A program made the translations under genes and the position numbers. Source: a virus (lineage: Duplodnaviria; Heunggongvirae; Uroviricota; Caudoviricetes). From it: a stretch of DNA of 64,000 nucleotides. Shown here in pieces: positions 60,383-64,000 of the stretch (the stretch's first letter is position 1; every line of letters starts with the position of its first letter). The stretch lies in the IMG/VR virus record IMGVR_UViG_3300035703_000003. One strand, given 5' to 3'. The notes beneath the pieces are model-generated. The model was not told the DNA's origin. It ran no database searches and saw only the letters and a list, made by a program, of their open reading frames with translations.

Positions 60383-61281
60383 TCGAATATGTTTATATCG
60401 AAACTACTAATCATTGTAATTTACAATGCAGTTTCTGTAACAGGCATGAAGTAATTGGCGCATTGCAGCACATGAGTGTAGCAAGATTTACAGAATTAAT
60501 GGAACATATTAAACATCACCCTGTTAAAGAAGCTAAACTAATGGGCATGGGGGAACCCTTTTTACATCCAGAGTTTGATCATATATGCAAAACATTTAAA
60601 GACTATTTTCCAGATGCAAGACTTATCAGCGCAACTAATTGTCAATACAGTATGAGCGTGGCTACTTGGTTCCCCAACAGTTTAAAGTATATTGACTACT
60701 TGTATCTAAGCATAGACGGATACAAAGAAAGTTATGAGCGTGATAGATCGCCTAGCAAATGGAGTAAGTTAATTAAGTTCTTAGATGAACTTAAAACCAT
60801 TGATCGTCATGGGTGTCAAATTACATGCAATTATGTTGTTAACCCCAGTAACATTACAGACATACAGTCTGTATATGATGAAATTGTTTTACCTTATGAC
60901 CTTACAGAACTTAGATTAAACATTGCACAAGACTGGAGTGAAACGAGGTCTGTACCTTTAGAATATACAGACGAACAACTAACTTATCTTAAAACAAATT
61001 GGCAGTCTAGTATTAAAGGCCGTGGCGATTGGAATTTTGAAGATTGTTTCTGGATTAAGACAGGATTATATGCAACAGTAGAAGGACGTATATTAGCCTG
61101 TTGTATGAACACCTCGGCAAACAGTTTCGGTAATATATTTGAAACCAAAGTCGAGGACATACACAACGGCGTGGACTTCCAAAACGTTAAGCAAGGTTGT
61201 TTATCAAATACCCCTACTAAACATTGTGCTAATTGTAGCTATAAAGAATTGTCACCTGTACTGCAAAAGTTAGGAGTTTAA
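60379..61281 (+). CDS. Radical SAM protein 9 with C-terminal SPASM/twitch domain
   Basis: CNLQCSFC, GMGEPFLHP, C-terminal CFW...ACC...HCANC. Confidence 0.92.
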   Translation: MIEYVYIETTNHCNLQCSFCNRHEVIGALQHMSVARFTELMEHIKHHPVKEAKLMGMGEPFLHPEFDHICKTFKDYFPDARLISATNCQYSMSVATWFPNSLKYIDYLYLSIDGYKESYERDRSPSKWSKLIKFLDELKTIDRHGCQITCNYVVNPSNITDIQSVYDEIVLPYDLTELRLNIAQDWSETRSVPLEYTDEQLTYLKTNWQSSIKGRGDWNFEDCFWIKTGLYATVEGRILACCMNTSANSFGNIFETKVEDIHNGVDFQNVKQGCLSNTPTKHCANCSYKELSPVLQKLGV

Positions 61282-61282
61282 C

Positions 61283-62290
61283 ATGGTCAAATATAATAAA
61301 CATATAGACCGAATAAATCGGATACATACACCTTATAACACGACCGATAAACTTAGATTACATGCAAGTGAGCGTGATAGTAAGTTTAGCTATAATATGT
61401 TTAAGTATTATACAGAACTACTAACAGATGATATTGTTAGATATTACCCGAACCAGGATTTAGCATATAAGTTATTAGAACAGTTTACTCAAATTGACAA
61501 AGAATACACAGTGCTTTATGACGGCAGTGATCGTGCAATACGCAACATCTTTCAAGTATATGTAGAACCAGGCAGCAAAGTAATTACAACTGATCCTAGT
61601 TTTCCAATGTATAGTGTATATGCTGATATGTATCAGGCTAATTTATATGCTGCAAAGTATACTACAATCGACTTTCCGTTTGTAGATGTGTTAACGGCAA
61701 TAGATAGTAATACTAACCTTGTTATACTAAGCAACCCAAGTAGCCCTATAGGAACAGTTATATCATATGAACAGCTATTATGTCTGCTAGCAAGTTGCGA
61801 CAAGTATAATTGTATATTAGCCATTGACGAAGCATATATAGAATTTAGTAAAACGAAATCCCTTGGTGACCTAGCGCAAACACATCCTAACTTAGTAGTG
61901 ATACGCACACTAAGCAAAGCAGTAGGCAGTGCCGGAGTTAGGATAGGATATACAGTTAGTGATAGCTTTAATAGAGAATTATTGTACAAGCTACGCAACA
62001 TGAATGACATAACAGGCCCAAGCATTGCTTGGTTAGATACATTAGTTAAATTTAAACATGAAATTAACATCTATGTAGCTAGTGTTATAGCAAATAGGAA
62101 TATTTTGATTTCTAAGTTAAGGGAACACAATATATTATGCTTACCAAGCGAAACAAACTTTATACATGCTAAGATTAGTATTGAAAACTGTTCTCATAAA
62201 GTATGCAACATATTAAGCGAAGACTACGTTAGAATTAGTGTTCCGGGCGATAAGGACAATTATAAAGAATTATTAGACGGGTTGTTTTAA
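61283..62290 (+). CDS. PLP-dependent class I/II aminotransferase or decarboxylase (HisC/CobD-like)
   Basis: GSDRAI, SNPSSP, IDEAY, RTLSKAVGSAGVRIGY. Confidence 0.88.
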   Translation: MVKYNKHIDRINRIHTPYNTTDKLRLHASERDSKFSYNMFKYYTELLTDDIVRYYPNQDLAYKLLEQFTQIDKEYTVLYDGSDRAIRNIFQVYVEPGSKVITTDPSFPMYSVYADMYQANLYAAKYTTIDFPFVDVLTAIDSNTNLVILSNPSSPIGTVISYEQLLCLLASCDKYNCILAIDEAYIEFSKTKSLGDLAQTHPNLVVIRTLSKAVGSAGVRIGYTVSDSFNRELLYKLRNMNDITGPSIAWLDTLVKFKHEINIYVASVIANRNILISKLREHNILCLPSETNFIHAKISIENCSHKVCNILSEDYVRISVPGDKDNYKELLDGLF

Positions 62291-62317
62291 TTTAAAGTAT
62301 GATTCTAAGAAGTAAAC

Positions 62318-62344
62318 AGGACAACGACCGACGGTCGTTGTCCT
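62318..62344. terminator. Perfect 12-bp hairpin AGGACAACGACC-gac-GGTCGTTGTCCT
   Basis: Intergenic inverted repeat after the PLP gene; no U tract on the + strand. Confidence 0.5.
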
Positions 62345-62350
62345 CCGGAG

Positions 62351-62358
62351 TATAAATA
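62351..62358 (+). promoter_or_regulatory. Late promoter TATAAATA
   Basis: Exact consensus upstream of the HAD remnant / phosphodiesterase / carbamoyltransferase unit. Confidence 0.6.
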
Positions 62359-62382
62359 TTTATAGTTATATAAGTAGTTAAT

Positions 62383-62437
62383 ATGAAAAAAACATTAACA
62401 TTTGACATAGATATCACATATAGTTGATTTCAAGTAA
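62383..62437 (+). pseudogene. Decayed 5' end of a HAD phosphatase gene
   Basis: Reads MKKTLTFDIDIT, then a +1 shift, then IVDFK*, versus MKTLIFDLDGTLVDCKK at 54301. Confidence 0.65.
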
Positions 62438-62474
62438 CGTACAAGACATTGTTACATTCATAGGATCCGAAAAA

Positions 62475-62903
62475 ATGGCTAAATTCATATCACACAGGGG
62501 AAATATAGCCGGCGCTAATCCGGCGTATGAAAATGATGATGCATACTTAAAACATGCATACAGCATAGGATATGATGTAGAGTGCGATTTAATTGCACAT
62601 AAAGGTATTCTGTATTATGGACATGACGAACCACAACAGCCAGCAGATGTATCATTCCTACAACAGCAAGGCGTTTGGGCACATGCTAAAAACTTAGAAG
62701 CACTTTCTATTTTACTACGTATGAATACTAATACATTTTGGCACCAAACCGATGACGTAACAATCACTAGTAAAGGATACTTATGGTGTTATCCGGGCAC
62801 GTTTATTAATAATAAAACTGCTGTATGGTTAGATTTGTTAGATAAACCATTACCGGATAAAATAGGAAATATTTACGGTATATGCGGAGACACAGTGAGA
62901 TGA
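62475..62903 (+). CDS. Small glycerophosphodiester phosphodiesterase / PI-PLC-like protein
   Basis: FISHRGN, DVECD, WAHAKN, FWHQTDDVTITSKGYLW, YGICGD; AGGA RBS supports the start at 62475. Confidence 0.75.
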   Translation: MAKFISHRGNIAGANPAYENDDAYLKHAYSIGYDVECDLIAHKGILYYGHDEPQQPADVSFLQQQGVWAHAKNLEALSILLRMNTNTFWHQTDDVTITSKGYLWCYPGTFINNKTAVWLDLLDKPLPDKIGNIYGICGDTVR

Positions 62904-64000
62904 TTATATGGGGATGGACAGGTATGTCTCATGATGCTAGTTTAGCAGTATTCAAACAAAGCAGAAAAGGGCTGTCAGATAAATCTGAATTAAAATTGCT
63001 ATTTGCAGCACACAGTGAGCGTTACAGTAGAATCAAAAACGATAAGAACTTGCACCAAGACTTGATCTCAGAGGCGCTCACATATGGTGAACCGGCGGAA
63101 ATTTATTACTATGAAAAACCGTGGCTTAAAAAGACCAGACAACTATACGCAGGACAATACAAGTTACTACGCAAAGAATCACCTACTAGCTATATGCGTA
63201 AGTTCTACAAAGATGCGCCAAAGTCTACTACAACTAGTCATCATTTGAGTCATGCAGCCGCAGGATACTACACATCAAATTTCAATGATGCTGCAGTATT
63301 GGTTGTAGACAGTATAGGCGAATGGGATACTATTAGTGTTTGGCGTGGCAAAGATAATAAGCTAAAGCGTAAATGGCATCAAACATATCCAGATAGTGTT
63401 GGCATTTGGTATAGTGCAATGACACAACGACTAGGACTTAAGCCACAAGAACATGAATATATTCTTATGGGTATGTCTGCAATAGGCAACGCTAGCCGTG
63501 TATACCCTCGTATGCGTAAAGACTTTATACTTAAAATGCCAACTGTAGACGATCCACGTGTTGTATTTAAAGATAACTATCACCGGGGCTGTATGAAATG
63601 GGCCCCTGAGTTGACTAGTGTGCAAGATTATGCAGACATTGCTGCCGCTGCACAACAGTTATATGAAGAAATATTTGACGGTCTACTACAATATACTAAA
63701 CGTCATACTGGCACTGATAACTTAGTATTAATGGGCGGATGTATATTAAATTGTGTGGCAAATAACATCGCTACACGATATTATAAAAACGTTTGGATTA
63801 TGCCAAACCCAGGCGATGCAGGCAGCGCAATTGGTGCAGTGTTAGCACATAAGAAAGAGTTTATTGATTATGATGTATATAGCGGAACTGATATTCCAGG
63901 AGAATATCCTGTGGACGAAATAATTGATGAATTAATAGAAAAAAAGATAACTGCAGTTGCATCGGGTCGTGCTGAGTTTGGCCCAAGAGCATTAGGGCAT
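62900..64000 (+). CDS. Carbamoyltransferase, NodU/CmcH/TobZ family (partial; absent from ORF track)
   Basis: Manual translation: MIIWGWTGMSHDAS...AHSERYSRIKND...YYEKP...HHLSHAAAGYYTS...VDSIGEWDT...EYILMGMSAIG...MGGCILNCVAN...PNPGDAGSAIGA...GRAEFGPRALGH. Confidence 0.92.
   Translation, partial: MIIWGWTGMSHDASLAVFKQSRKGLSDKSELKLLFAAHSERYSRIKNDKNLHQDLISEALTYGEPAEIYYYEKPWLKKTRQLYAGQYKLLRKESPTSYMRKFYKDAPKSTTTSHHLSHAAAGYYTSNFNDAAVLVVDSIGEWDTISVWRGKDNKLKRKWHQTYPDSVGIWYSAMTQRLGLKPQEHEYILMGMSAIGNASRVYPRMRKDFILKMPTVDDPRVVFKDNYHRGCMKWAPELTSVQDYADIAAAAQQLYEEIFDGLLQYTKRHTGTDNLVLMGGCILNCVANNIATRYYKNVWIMPNPGDAGSAIGAVLAHKKEFIDYDVYSGTDIPGEYPVDEIIDELIEKKITAVASGRAEFGPRALGH

Noticed and set aside
234-63655. Numerous short ORFs antisense to or nested in long genes (e.g. 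234-416, 870-1160, 12703-13044, 26048-26590, 63431-63655)
   Set aside because: Shadow frames of well-supported genes, including the portal and carbamoyltransferase missed by the track; no motifs.
1-64000. CRISPR array, tRNA genes, IS/transposase, integrase, inteins
   Set aside because: No spaced direct repeats, cloverleafs, or DDE/recombinase/intein motifs seen by eye; tRNAscan-SE and CRISPR finders would confirm.
1-64000. Stop-codon reassignment as in some jumbo phages
   Set aside because: Long intact ORFs in code 11; TAG, TGA and TAA all end genes at sensible places.
1-64000. Cellular (bacterial capsule/LPS locus) origin of the window
   Set aside because: Portal, gp46/47, gp55 and a full baseplate are contiguous with the island and share promoter motifs; no housekeeping or transport genes.

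Overview
This is 64 kb of an AT-rich, large T4-related (jumbo-type) myophage genome in the standard genetic code. No tRNA, rRNA, CRISPR array or transposase was seen. Left arm (1-9.2 kb): partial portal, tape-measure-like gene, gp26-like hub/chaperone with a probable -1 frameshift extension, a roughly 300-nt structured minus-strand RNA directly behind a minimal GIY-YIG nuclease, a HAD phosphomannomutase, gp46/gp47 recombination nuclease and a gp55-like late sigma factor. Middle (9.3-33 kb): contractile-tail baseplate module (gp48/54-like, gp53, hub with M15-type peptidase, gp5-like spike, degenerate lysozyme, gp25, gp6, a 3687-aa giant protein, fibre-like proteins, and a Gly/Tyr-rich virion protein). 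Right arm (33-64 kb): an unusually large tailoring-enzyme island with 9 radical SAM enzymes (8 with an N-terminal twitch domain), about 6 glycosyltransferase-like proteins, 3 SGNH-like proteins, 2 methyltransferases, 2 kinase-like proteins, 2 nucleotidyltransferases, HAD phosphatases, a 2OG-Fe(II) oxygenase, a PLP enzyme, a phosphodiesterase and a carbamoyltransferase. The island carries the same NATAAATA late-promoter motif as the structural genes, which points to virion (or packaged DNA) hypermodification. Two decayed gene 5' ends record reshuffling of the island. All family assignments come from motif recognition by eye, not database searches.
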